45,706 nt of DNA from a virus. Lineage: Duplodnaviria; Caudoviricetes. Both the position numbers and the translations under genes were made by a program. Location: positions 1 through 45,706 of IMG/VR virus record IMGVR_UViG_3300042342_000653. The stretch is one strand, 5' to 3'. This document shows positions 1-8,165 of this stretch, in pieces (position 1 is the first letter of the stretch; each line of letters opens with the position of its first letter). The notes under the pieces are model-generated. The model was not told where the DNA came from. It ran no database searches and saw only the letters and a list, made by a program, of their open reading frames with translations.

Positions 1-336
1 TTGAGAGCTTCATTGCCTGAGTTGGCCAAGCAGGTCACTAAGGGCAACGGCTACAACAGAAGCGTCAATGAGGCAATCAAGGCATTGAACGTTGCTACCT
101 CACTGAACATCAAGGCAGACGATATCACAGAGAACTGGGACGGGTACCACGGTACTCGAGCATTCCTCAGTGATGCTGGATTGCTTCGCGAGTGGCGCGC
201 AATCAGGCCTGGAACTGACTATACAGAGAGCTTCTCAACCAGTGAGTTGTATGAAGACACAGTAGCTGAAGTACATATTGTGTTTACTAAGAAGCTCAAA
301 GACAAGAAGTTCCTTGCTTCCAAGGGCGTTAAGTAA
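1..336 (+). CDS. Hypothetical early protein, probably 5'-truncated at the window edge
   Basis: Open frame from base 1; stop overlaps the next start (TAATG); same strand and composition as the 42447-45706 block. Confidence 0.65.
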   Translation: MRASLPELAKQVTKGNGYNRSVNEAIKALNVATSLNIKADDITENWDGYHGTRAFLSDAGLLREWRAIRPGTDYTESFSTSELYEDTVAEVHIVFTKKLKDKKFLASKGVK

Positions 337-1019
337 TGATCAGCGGCGAAAGCCGCATTGGTAGGGTGTTGCTAGCAGCGAGTAGGTCTTATGACCCAAA
401 GCTGCTAGCACAGCCTCTGATCAGGCGGCTCAATCAGATCATACTAGAAGTTGACACACCAGAAGCCCGACTAGATTTCTTACACTCAGCAAGCTGGTAC
501 TTTGAATTTAATCAAATGATTTACCAATCAACAAAACACTATGACTTAAAGCATCAATCATCAGCCATTGCGGCAGTCGCAGCAGTGTCACCCGGGGCTT
601 CACCAGAGACTAACATCAAGGTTATTAGAGCTATACTAGAAAACAAATACAATGGCACCCCATTGCCTGCTTTACAGGCGTACCCAGCAAATATCAAAAC
701 TGCCTATAAGATTCTAGAAAATGGCGATGTTCGGTTACTAACCGGCCAAAAAGTAAGAGACTTCTACTACTCCATCATTAGTGAAGGAGAAACTGATCGA
801 TGTCCTATTGACAGGTGGGCCGCAAGAGAATTCCCACCATACAATAAGAAAATTAAGTCAGGCAATAAGAAAGTTTGGAAAGAAGTAGATCTAAATGTAA
901 CCAGCTACAAAAAGTATCAGGCAAAGTTCCAAAAAGCAGCTGATGACCTAGGTCTATATGCTGCCGAATTACAAGCGATCCTATGGGTCGCAAGGAGGAA
1001 TGATGGCAACAGAGCATAA
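336..1019 (+). CDS. Conserved phage protein with HhH-GPD DNA-glycosylase-like motifs (DUF7178-like)
   Basis: Motifs WY..AAVSP..N, GQKVRDFY, PIDRWAAR and LQAILWV; IDRWA resembles the VDxH catalytic-Asp motif of HhH-GPD enzymes. Confidence 0.55.
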   Translation: MISGESRIGRVLLAASRSYDPKLLAQPLIRRLNQIILEVDTPEARLDFLHSASWYFEFNQMIYQSTKHYDLKHQSSAIAAVAAVSPGASPETNIKVIRAILENKYNGTPLPALQAYPANIKTAYKILENGDVRLLTGQKVRDFYYSIISEGETDRCPIDRWAAREFPPYNKKIKSGNKKVWKEVDLNVTSYKKYQAKFQKAADDLGLYAAELQAILWVARRNDGNRA

Positions 1020-1428
1020 CTTCTGGGAAGACAGCAAGCTTCGTGATCTTCTTATTAAACTGCTAAGAGACAGTGAGAAAGCACGAGACTTCCTCGATGG
1101 CGATGGGCATAGTATCTACGATGGTACTTTCCTAATCGCCGCAGGGTATCCAGAATCCTTCATCAAGAAATATGAAAGCACTCTAACGTCTGACTACTCG
1201 TCAGGCAAAACTACAATCTTTGACAATCAGGGAAATATGGTTGACTCAATGACTGGCATAGCAGCTCTTACCTTTCATTACGCAGTAGCTAGTGCTCTAT
1301 GGCTAGAAGGTGGAGTCGACTATGACGACACCATTATGGGCAGAGGAACACAAGCTAGAGAGCTTTCTAAGGCTATTATGAAGGCTATTGGTATGCCAGG
1401 GGCTCAACCAGCCGTAAAAGTAATTTAA
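1003..1428 (+). CDS. Hypothetical protein
   Basis: AGGAGG at 993-998 precedes ATGATG (1000/1003); last gene before the convergent terminator. Confidence 0.75.
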   Translation: MATEHNFWEDSKLRDLLIKLLRDSEKARDFLDGDGHSIYDGTFLIAAGYPESFIKKYESTLTSDYSSGKTTIFDNQGNMVDSMTGIAALTFHYAVASALWLEGGVDYDDTIMGRGTQARELSKAIMKAIGMPGAQPAVKVI

Positions 1429-1441
1429 ATATTAGTTAAAC

Positions 1442-1490
1442 AAAAACTCCTCACCAGCTGCTAATAGCGGCTGGTGAGGAGATTAATTAA
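1442..1490. terminator. Intrinsic terminator at the convergent junction, probably bidirectional
   Basis: CTCCTCACCAGCTGC-TAATA-GCGGCTGGTGAGGAG hairpin at 1447-1481; A-tract on the left (U-tract for the minus strand) and AT-rich on the right. Confidence 0.8.
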
Positions 1491-1508
1491 CCGGCCAGTA
1501 AACGCGCC

Positions 1509-1586
1509 CCCTATGCCCGACGGAGGGCGCCTCGTGCCCGACGGGGGTCGAGCCTACGGTACTATCACGCCATGCCCGACGGGGGG
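1509..1586. repeat. Cluster of three TGCCCGACGG repeats plus GGTACTATCA
   Basis: TGCCCGACGG at 1514, 1535 and 1573; GGTACTATCA at 1558; 1509-1526 is identical to 42209-42226. Confidence 0.9.
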
Positions 1587-1594
1587 AAAAAATA

Positions 1595-2629
1595 TTACTC
1601 CTGGCAAGCTACGATCCTCCGGGCGACCCACTCGGCAACGCTAGACACGACCCCGTTTCCGCAGCAGGTGTACCTTTTTGTGTCCAACCCATCGGTAGAA
1701 TCGTCGTAGAGGCCTATTTCCGCCCCGTAGAGCGGCGTTTCCCCCGCCACTGGGGGCTGACTGTCCACCCGTCCGGCCACCCCATCAGACGCTCGCATTC
1801 CACTGGCGTCATCCTCCGTGCCCAAGATGAGGTGCCCCCCTGCGGCGTCCTCGGCCCCGATACGCCATCCTGATTTGCTTGCGTTGAGATTTGAGACAGT
1901 ACGTCGGTCAACATGGGCGGCAGCTTCTGCCCTTGCTTCCTCTTGAGCGTCCTGCGCAGTATGCCTGCAGCCGCCTTCGCACTCAAAAAGTACTTCGCCG
2001 GCACGGTCTGATCCAAGACTTGCCACAATGAAGACACGACGGCGTCTTTGGGGGACTCCGAAGTATTGCGCGTCCAGCACTCTCCACGCCACGCCATACC
2101 CGAGTTCTTCCATTTCACTAATGAGCCTGGCGAAGTCACGTCCGCCAGACGAATGGAGTAGGCCTGGGACGTTTTCCAGCACCAGCCAGGCAGGTCTGTA
2201 GAGTTCCACAAGGTCAAGGTAGGTGAAGGCGAGGACGGATCGCTCTCCTTCAAATCCCCTTCTGGCACCAGCTGCGCTGAGGTCTTGGCATGGGAATCCT
2301 CCGGAGAAGATGTCAGCATGCTGCCACTTGCTACAGCCGGAGGTCCCGCACTGATCGTCAGTGTGTCCGCCACGTCGTTGAACTTCGTTGGTTGTCTGCT
2401 GTACCTGCTTGGAAAGCTCACTATCTGCGAGAGCGACGATGTCTCCGAGGTTCGGTACTCCTGGCCAGTTTCTGGCGAGGACTTCGCTCTGATACGGCTC
2501 AATTTCGCTGAAGCTGACTGTTTTGATTCCTGCTCTTTCAAATCCAAGATCCATCCCTCCTACCCCTGAGAAGAACGATGCGTTGGTTAGCGTCCGCCAC
2601 GGTTCGTGTCGTAGTTCACCGTTACCCAT
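1595..2629 (-). CDS. DNA (cytosine-5) methyltransferase, alpha polypeptide (lacks motif IX)
   Basis: FSGVGG (I), GFPCQ (IV), ENV (VI), QRRRRVF (VIII), GNGV (X). Confidence 0.93.
   Translation of the reverse strand: MGNGELRHEPWRTLTNASFFSGVGGMDLGFERAGIKTVSFSEIEPYQSEVLARNWPGVPNLGDIVALADSELSKQVQQTTNEVQRRGGHTDDQCGTSGCSKWQHADIFSGGFPCQDLSAAGARRGFEGERSVLAFTYLDLVELYRPAWLVLENVPGLLHSSGGRDFARLISEMEELGYGVAWRVLDAQYFGVPQRRRRVFIVASLGSDRAGEVLFECEGGCRHTAQDAQEEARAEAAAHVDRRTVSNLNASKSGWRIGAEDAAGGHLILGTEDDASGMRASDGVAGRVDSQPPVAGETPLYGAEIGLYDDSTDGLDTKRYTCCGNGVVSSVAEWVARRIVACQE
1714..2547 (-). CDS. Overprinted methyltransferase beta polypeptide carrying motif IX
   Basis: 277-codon alternative frame ending in RRMTPVECERLMGWPDGWT (motif IX); AGGAGGG lies 7 nt before the TTG at 2547; true start uncertain. 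Confidence 0.8.
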   Translation of the reverse strand: MDLKEQESKQSASAKLSRIRAKSSPETGQEYRTSETSSLSQIVSFPSRYSRQPTKFNDVADTLTISAGPPAVASGSMLTSSPEDSHAKTSAQLVPEGDLKESDPSSPSPTLTLWNSTDLPGWCWKTSQAYSIRLADVTSPGSLVKWKNSGMAWRGECWTRNTSESPKDAVVSSLWQVLDQTVPAKYFLSAKAAAGILRRTLKRKQGQKLPPMLTDVLSQISTQANQDGVSGPRTPQGGTSSWARRMTPVECERLMGWPDGWTVSPQWRGKRRSTGRK

Positions 2630-2976
2630 ATCACACCCCTACTCAGCTTTCCGCCTAGCGCAATGAATGCTGCCGGGGAGAGGTCCATGTACTCTCCCGT
2701 TCGGCTGCACAGACAGTCGCGTACAACGACCGTCACGCACTTGCCATTGTAGCACACGTTTGCCTTGTACGGTTTGTCGCCCCACCTGAACCCTGGAACT
2801 GCCGCGTACATAACCTTCTCGCCCTTGCTGTATGGGTTGCACGTGTTCCTGTACCCCTGGTAGCAGTACTTCTGGCTGTGTGGGTGCGTGTTGCCGTACC
2901 ACGTCGCCCTAACCCTCTCGTGGTACCCGCTAGGCTGGGTCACAAAGAGAGTCAGGGAGAGTAGTAGCGAAATCAA
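2587..2976 (-). CDS. Secreted RlpA-like double-psi beta-barrel protein (lytic transglycosylase/expansin-like)
   Basis: Hydrophobic signal peptide; ATWYG, VTVVVRDC and MDLSPAAF..LG..RGVI motifs. Confidence 0.8.
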   Translation of the reverse strand: MISLLLSLTLFVTQPSGYHERVRATWYGNTHPHSQKYCYQGYRNTCNPYSKGEKVMYAAVPGFRWGDKPYKANVCYNGKCVTVVVRDCLCSRTGEYMDLSPAAFIALGGKLSRGVIWVTVNYDTNRGGR

Positions 2977-3221
2977 TTTGCCAGCTTTTTAGAGTCCTTC
3001 TCCGCCTGAGAGAACTCGCTAGGGTATTCCTTCTTGAGGTAATGCTTGACGTTTTCCATCGCGCCAGTAGCCCCATCTCGCACGCCACGAGTGTACGCCT
3101 GCTGCAGGGCCTTGCTAACCTCCTTCATGGAGTGCTCGCAGATCCCCACCTCGCATGGGCAGTCGACCTCAATGTTTACCCTCAGAGTGTCGTTGCTTTC
3201 CTGTGTAACCTTCGCGCTCAT
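2973..3221 (-). CDS. Hypothetical protein with a CxC-x4-CxH possible Zn site
   Basis: Tightly packed in the operon; CPCEVGICEH. Confidence 0.65.
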   Translation of the reverse strand: MSAKVTQESNDTLRVNIEVDCPCEVGICEHSMKEVSKALQQAYTRGVRDGATGAMENVKHYLKKEYPSEFSQAEKDSKKLAN

Positions 3222-3222
3222 A

Positions 3223-4515
3223 TTACGCCCCCTTAAATGTAGCTGTCGTCCGGTTGAACATCAACTCGGTCCGACCCGTTGGTCCGTTGCGGTGCTTGGC
3301 AATCTTACAGTGAACGGTCTCAATGGCAACGTCTAGAGATACATCTGTGGACCTCCAGAGCATGATTACCACGTCTGCGTCCTGCTCAATGGCACCTGAG
3401 TCTCGCAAGTCTGAGAGCCTTGGCTCGTTGTTCTCGCGGTACTCGGATGACCGGCTGAGCTGGCTCAGTGCGATCACTGGGATGTCTAGCTCCCTTGCTA
3501 GCGCCTTCAGCCCTCGGCTGATCTCTGCCACGTCATAGACGCGGTTGCTGTCCTTGTTGCCCCTGTCTGGAGACATGAGCTGCAGGTAGTCAACGACCAC
3601 CAAGTCTAGTCCATGCTCCTTCTGCAGGCGTCGGCACTTGGCCTTCATCTCACCAGGAGATGCGACAGGTGCGTCCTCTACAAAGATCTTGCTCTTCTTG
3701 ATCCTGTCCGAGGCCGTCATGACCTCAGTCAGCTCCTCCAGGTCAAGCTTGCCGTGTCGAATGTCGTGCAATGCGATGCCAGACACCGACGACAGAAGCC
3801 TGCTGCCAATCTGCTCACGGCTCATCTCTAGCGAGAAGATCGCGATAGACTTGGAGTTCCTGAACGCAGCATTGGCTGCCATCGTCGTAGCTAGTGCGGT
3901 CTTACCCACGCTAGGGCGAGCTGCAATGATGACTAGGTCACCCTTCTGCCAACCGCCAACGATGGTATCAATACCCGCAATTCCGGAAGCTACCCCAGAC
4001 GCCCCGCCTGCCTGCATAACGGCTAGCCTGTCCATGGTCTCGGTCATCACCGAATCCATTGACGAGAACCGGCCCTTGATACGGCTGCGGCTGATTGACA
4101 TGACGCTGCGCTCGGCCTCTGCCAGTGCCTCGTCCGCCGTCTTGGATGTCCTTGAGGCATCGGCAATGTGCGCCGCTGCTTGGTGGACATCCCTACGGAT
4201 GGAGTTGTCAACGACGATGTCAATGTACGCCTCATAGTTGTAGCTAGTTGGCGTATCTGAGACGACCTCAGCGATAGCTAATGCGCCTCCGGCATCAGCA
4301 AGCTTGCCGTCGTTGTTGAGCCTGTCAGCTAGCGTAACGATGTCAATCGTCATGCCGTTAGAGAGAAGTGACTTAATACCATTGAACATAGTTCGGCATT
4401 GCATGTCGTCAAAGTCCTGCGCCGAGATTCTCTCGGCAACCATACCCGCAATGTCTCCAGAGATCAGACACGCCCCGATCAGGGCCCTCTCTGCCTCCCT
4501 GTTGGTTCTGGTCAT
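3223..4515 (-). CDS. dnaB: Replicative DNA helicase
   Basis: AARPSVGKT Walker A, FSLEMS, VDYLQL, LSQLSR, DLRDSGAIEQDAD, KHRNGPTG. Confidence 0.97.
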   Translation of the reverse strand: MTRTNREAERALIGACLISGDIAGMVAERISAQDFDDMQCRTMFNGIKSLLSNGMTIDIVTLADRLNNDGKLADAGGALAIAEVVSDTPTSYNYEAYIDIVVDNSIRRDVHQAAAHIADASRTSKTADEALAEAERSVMSISRSRIKGRFSSMDSVMTETMDRLAVMQAGGASGVASGIAGIDTIVGGWQKGDLVIIAARPSVGKTALATTMAANAAFRNSKSIAIFSLEMSREQIGSRLLSSVSGIALHDIRHGKLDLEELTEVMTASDRIKKSKIFVEDAPVASPGEMKAKCRRLQKEHGLDLVVVDYLQLMSPDRGNKDSNRVYDVAEISRGLKALARELDIPVIALSQLSRSSEYRENNEPRLSDLRDSGAIEQDADVVIMLWRSTDVSLDVAIETVHCKIAKHRNGPTGRTELMFNRTTATFKGA

Positions 4516-4724
4516 TAAAACACTTCCTTGGTGTGGTACGCCTCTTTAGCGGCTACCAGAACCTCTTGCAGGCTCTCTACCCCAATGTTCTCCTGCCGGC
4601 CCTGCTCGTCAATGCTCGCTGCGCATTCGTCGCATAGTCCGCGATCAATCTCAAATCCCTCAATGAAGCTCATCTCGCACTCATCGCATCGATACACCTT
4701 GTTGCCGTATGGATCCTCAGACAT
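4515..4724 (-). CDS. Small zinc-finger protein
   Basis: CDEC..CDEC; TAATG coupling to dnaB. Confidence 0.7.
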   Translation of the reverse strand: MSEDPYGNKVYRCDECEMSFIEGFEIDRGLCDECAASIDEQGRQENIGVESLQEVLVAAKEAYHTKEVF

Positions 4725-4881
4725 CTTCTTCCTCCTTCTTGATTCGCTCCCACATGAAGCATGGCTTCATCTTACCAGCATCTATGCGCTTGCGGTATTT
4801 GCCGCAGATCGGACAGCTGCCGTCGTTAACGTAATCCCCCCTACTAAGCTTCTCCTCCGTTGTCTCCTTTGCTTTCGCCAT
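4717..4881 (-). CDS. 54-aa CxxC protein not in the supplied ORF track
   Basis: Hand translation MAKAKETTEEKLSRGDYVNDGSCPICGKYRKRIDAGKMKPCFMWERIKKEEEDV; GAGGAGG RBS upstream; fills the gap between neighbours. Confidence 0.7.
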   Translation of the reverse strand: MAKAKETTEEKLSRGDYVNDGSCPICGKYRKRIDAGKMKPCFMWERIKKEEEDV

Positions 4882-5059
4882 GTAGCGCCTCCTCTAGTGG
4901 GATCTCTACCTCTGGCCTGGGAAACCCGGTCAGTAAGTAGTAGTCAATCCCATGCTTCTTGCAGTACGCCCGGAGTGATACCCCCGCCTTCTTCGCGTCT
5001 GCTACAAAGAAGTATAGCACATCCTTGTCTGGCTTTGTCAAGCGCTCTCTAAAGGTCAT
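4844..5059 (-). CDS. Hypothetical protein, possibly HTH-like
   Basis: GVSLRAYCKKHGI segment; overlapped operon packing. Confidence 0.6.
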   Translation of the reverse strand: MTFRERLTKPDKDVLYFFVADAKKAGVSLRAYCKKHGIDYYLLTGFPRPEVEIPLEEALHGESKGDNGGEA

Positions 5060-5474
5060 ACAGGTCACCAATCAATCTTCGGCAGGTCGGGTAGTCCCGG
5101 TGAGCTGCCCACATGGAGATCTTGTACGACTCTCCGTCAAGGTACTTATCTACCAGCATTAAGTACTGGTTAGCCCACTCGCGGCTATGCGTGCCAGGCG
5201 TGCAAACGTGCGCCAGCTCGTGGAGGATGGTGTCCTTGTCGTAAGGGCTCGTGCACAGCATGAACTCTTCACCATCGGCCTCCCCCAGTGGGCACTTGTT
5301 CTTCTTTGTACTATCATGGAAGTGGATGAGGACACGCTTTACCGCTATGTCCTCCGCAGCAAAGACCTCTTTCATCCATTCGATAGACTCGCCCCAGAAG
5401 GTCTTCACCTTCTGGGGCGTGCCGGCAGAGAAGGAAAACTTAACGCTTGCTCTTTTGCTTTGACGCCCAGACAT
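5049..5474 (-). CDS. Zincin-type metallopeptidase-like protein
   Basis: TILHELAHV..H (HExxH plus downstream His). Confidence 0.7.
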   Translation of the reverse strand: MSGRQSKRASVKFSFSAGTPQKVKTFWGESIEWMKEVFAAEDIAVKRVLIHFHDSTKKNKCPLGEADGEEFMLCTSPYDKDTILHELAHVCTPGTHSREWANQYLMLVDKYLDGESYKISMWAAHRDYPTCRRLIGDLYDL

Positions 5475-5664
5475 TGTTTACCTCCCGTAGCTTCTTCTCT
5501 GCCTCATCGTGTGTGAATACTTCAGGTCCCTGACCTAGGCTAAAGACCTCTCCCTGCTTGGCAGTATACCACACCCTAGCTTTCCATCCAGATTGACCGT
5601 AGAACAGTATGGCACGGGTACGCCCATTTGGCCAAACCATCCCCTTTAGGTCAACGAAGTTCAT
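5440..5664 (-). CDS. Hypothetical protein
   Basis: Overlapped operon packing. Confidence 0.65.
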   Translation of the reverse strand: MNFVDLKGMVWPNGRTRAILFYGQSGWKARVWYTAKQGEVFSLGQGPEVFTHDEAEKKLREVNNVWASKQKSKR

Positions 5665-6055
5665 CTACCGTAAGATTTTCATCAATCATTTCGTCAAGAG
5701 CTGCCCACTTCTTAGGTGGAACGCCACGGCTGACGAATGACCACTTCCCCTCGCCCAGGGCAATCAGGATTAGCGCGTAATTCGCGATGTCAACCAACGC
5801 GTCACGTACGCCTTCGTTGAACCAGCCGTCTCCGACTTTAGCTTTTCCATCCACGATAGATCCATTGAGTGACGTGGCCACTCGCGAGCACTTGTCTTCC
5901 GCGAGACGAGAGAATACCCCGTATGGGCCGAGGGCTTCAATGTTCCCCGGTCCGTAGCCAGCTTGCCGTTGTACCATGACCGCGTGGGCTTCCATCGAGA
6001 GGTCATGAAAGTATTCAATAAACGCTTTTGGGACATCTTTATTCTCCTTCTTCAT
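5651..6055 (-). CDS. DUF1599-like nucleotide-modification-associated protein (all-alpha NTP-PPase-like)
   Basis: YGPGNI, SRLAEDK..R and DALVDIANYALI motifs. Confidence 0.75.
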   Translation of the reverse strand: MKKENKDVPKAFIEYFHDLSMEAHAVMVQRQAGYGPGNIEALGPYGVFSRLAEDKCSRVATSLNGSIVDGKAKVGDGWFNEGVRDALVDIANYALILIALGEGKWSFVSRGVPPKKWAALDEMIDENLTVDELR

Positions 6056-6242
6056 TCTCAATCTCCTCCATAATTTTCTCTGCCAACTCCTGCGTAGCTA
6101 CCTGCGTAACTAGGATGACTTTCTCATCGCACTTCGCACAGATAGCTACGCGAACGGAGTATGGACCAGCGAGCTTAGCGCCTGCTCGGTGCGGACTAAT
6201 CTTTAGACCACCGCACTTCGGGCACCCAAGTCCGTGTTTCAC
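6039..6242 (-). CDS. Zinc-ribbon protein
   Basis: CPKC..CAKC. Confidence 0.7.
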   Translation of the reverse strand: MKHGLGCPKCGGLKISPHRAGAKLAGPYSVRVAICAKCDEKVILVTQVATQELAEKIMEEIENEEGE

Positions 6243-6457
6243 TTGCGCTTATCCAGCAGTGCGAACGTCAGGAGAGATGCCCCAAGCGCCGCTGCGATGT
6301 TCGCAGTGGTGCCCAGAACAACCGCCCCGAGTCCGATAGATGGGACAAACGTGTCCCGGAACCTAGGGTGCGCTACCGCATCCCTTGCAGCTGAACTTAT
6401 GTTCTTAAGGAACGCGACTTGCTGTCGCTCCTCGTCAGGCGTCGTCGCCATCTTCAA
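6239..6457 (-). CDS. Small membrane protein
   Basis: Long hydrophobic C-terminal half ending in KRK. Confidence 0.65.
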   Translation of the reverse strand: MKMATTPDEERQQVAFLKNISSAARDAVAHPRFRDTFVPSIGLGAVVLGTTANIAAALGASLLTFALLDKRK

Positions 6458-6659
6458 GCTCCACCAGCTTCAATGCAACACCGGCCGACAATTGAAGCAC
6501 ATTGTCAAACGGGATCTGGACCTCACTGCGCTTGTCCTCAGGGACAGAATCCAGATACTTGTCAACGAACGTAGCCACTACGATGCCAAACGCGACGTTC
6601 CATCGCGCAGACAGAAGGGCAATGTTACCCTTGCGGCTCTTCTTCTGTGGTACTGCCAT
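6435..6659 (-). CDS. Hypothetical protein
   Basis: Overlapped operon packing with GGAG upstream. Confidence 0.6.
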   Translation of the reverse strand: MAVPQKKSRKGNIALLSARWNVAFGIVVATFVDKYLDSVPEDKRSEVQIPFDNVLQLSAGVALKLVELEDGDDA

Positions 6660-6981
6660 ATGCCTTCTCCTTCACCACTAACCAATCCCGCTCATCCATG
6701 ATCACCATGACACGCCTCTGGGTGCCAGGCCCAGGAGCGTCCCCGATCACGAGGTAGGGGATTTCCCCAGCCTTCACAATAATCTTCTCAATCCATCCCC
6801 AGTACTTGTTGGAGAACATAGTCCCAACCTTAGTCTGGATCTTGAACTTACCGTCAACCGTCACGTCGTCTGGGCCACCGTACATGCCGGTGCGTCGACC
6901 TCCGTGCTTCTTAGCCGTCTCCCGCTCAAAGGCATTACCCCTTGAGCGGTTGAGGCGACCCATACGAGACTTGTCAATCAT
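6625..6981 (-). CDS. PD-(D/E)XK nuclease, Holliday-junction-resolvase-like
   Basis: RGNAFERE..PDD..KIQTK pattern. Confidence 0.7.
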   Translation of the reverse strand: MIDKSRMGRLNRSRGNAFERETAKKHGGRRTGMYGGPDDVTVDGKFKIQTKVGTMFSNKYWGWIEKIIVKAGEIPYLVIGDAPGPGTQRRVMVIMDERDWLVVKEKAYGSTTEEEPQG

Positions 6982-7267
6982 CCTCGTCCTCCACTACAGC
7001 TATCGGTGACCCTTCACCAACGCCAGCTGAGAAGATCCCAGCCCAGAACTGCTTCTCGCCTTCCTCCTCAAGGGTCTTAACCTCGTCGTCAGCCAGTCCA
7101 CCGGAGTGGGCTGAGATGAACGAAATTGACTTCTGGCGATACGCCTCCATAAACATCTCTTTGCTGTAGATCGCGACCTTCCTCGGTCGGCCATCTGCCT
7201 GGTACTGAATACCAATGGCAGCAAGGCCAGCCGAGATTTCGTCTACAAGCTTTGTTTCGTCGGTCAC
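6974..7267 (-). CDS. Hypothetical protein
   Basis: GTGA coupling to the upstream gene. Confidence 0.65.
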   Translation of the reverse strand: MTDETKLVDEISAGLAAIGIQYQADGRPRKVAIYSKEMFMEAYRQKSISFISAHSGGLADDEVKTLEEEGEKQFWAGIFSAGVGEGSPIAVVEDEDD

Positions 7268-7656
7268 GAGCGCTTCTTAAGCGGTCCCCAAATCAGTGGG
7301 CTTGCCTCGTTAGCAAGAAGGCTGTACCCCTTAGGGTTGCCCTCCTTGTCAGCTCGCTCCTCAAGCTTGCCAATGACGTGCAGGTGCTGTCGTGGATCGT
7401 TTGTCTCTCGGTTTACCGTACTATCATAAATCTTCTGGATGTGGGCGGCCAAGTCCTCATCAAAGACGAGAACAGTGACGCGCTCATATCGGTTTGGAGC
7501 TGTTGACTTGTCTCGCGTGGCCTTGTCCGCAGAAAGGAATGCGTCGTATGCAAACGACTGCAAGCTTCCGAAGAACTTCCACACGTCTCGACCAGCCTTG
7601 GTCAGCTCCTTCACTGGAGCAATCTTGTCTGTTAGCCAAAGATCAATCCTATCCAT
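7264..7656 (-). CDS. Putative OB-fold single-stranded DNA-binding protein
   Basis: TKAG..VWKF, VTVLVF.EDLA and LHVIGKLEER pattern; directly after ERF with TAATG coupling; no acidic tail. Confidence 0.55.
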   Translation of the reverse strand: MDRIDLWLTDKIAPVKELTKAGRDVWKFFGSLQSFAYDAFLSADKATRDKSTAPNRYERVTVLVFDEDLAAHIQKIYDSTVNRETNDPRQHLHVIGKLEERADKEGNPKGYSLLANEASPLIWGPLKKRS

Positions 7657-8165
7657 TAGAAACCCCACTCTCCGTCAGCCTTCTTTGACTGACCTTCCAT
7701 CGGTTGAACCGTGTCCTTGAAGATCTCCTTAGCTGCCTTTGAGATTGCAGCGTCAGCAGTATCGTTCTCAGGATCATCTCCGGTTGGGATAAGGAACGTC
7801 GTCAGGAGCGCATACTTAAGAGCCCCTGTGGTCGCCTTGTACACGTGCTTGTCGCCTGAGTCGGCGCCAGAGCCAAGGGAGAAGATCGTGAGCTTCTCAC
7901 CTGTCTCGCCGTCAACCAAGACCCACGAGTACTTGAACGTGAAGACCTTCTGCTTGCCGGATGGCGACATCTCCTCGCTAATCTTCTCAATGTCACCAGG
8001 AAGGATCGCCACACCCTTCGCGGAAAGCTTCTCGCGGATGGCGTCGGCCACCTGCGATGCCAGCACGTACTTGTAGTTCTGGGCGCTGTTCGTACCGCCC
8101 TTGGAAATGTAGCCGATCTCTCCCATGATCTCGGCCAGCTTCCCTGCCAATGTCTTACTCGCCAT
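7656..8165 (-). CDS. ERF-family single-strand annealing protein
   Basis: KGGTN..NYKY, GSGADSGDK..KATTGALKYAL..FLIPTGDDPE. Confidence 0.88.
   Translation of the reverse strand: MASKTLAGKLAEIMGEIGYISKGGTNSAQNYKYVLASQVADAIREKLSAKGVAILPGDIEKISEEMSPSGKQKVFTFKYSWVLVDGETGEKLTIFSLGSGADSGDKHVYKATTGALKYALLTTFLIPTGDDPENDTADAAISKAAKEIFKDTVQPMEGQSKKADGEWGF

Noticed and set aside
1509-1586. Mini-CRISPR array
   Set aside because: Repeats are only ~10 bp with irregular 11- and 28-nt gaps; the Cas4-like gene is an ordinary phage recombination nuclease next to ERF
3638-4237. 199-aa plus-strand ORF and similar antisense ORFs throughout the minus-strand block
   Set aside because: Codon-mirror shadows of well-supported genes
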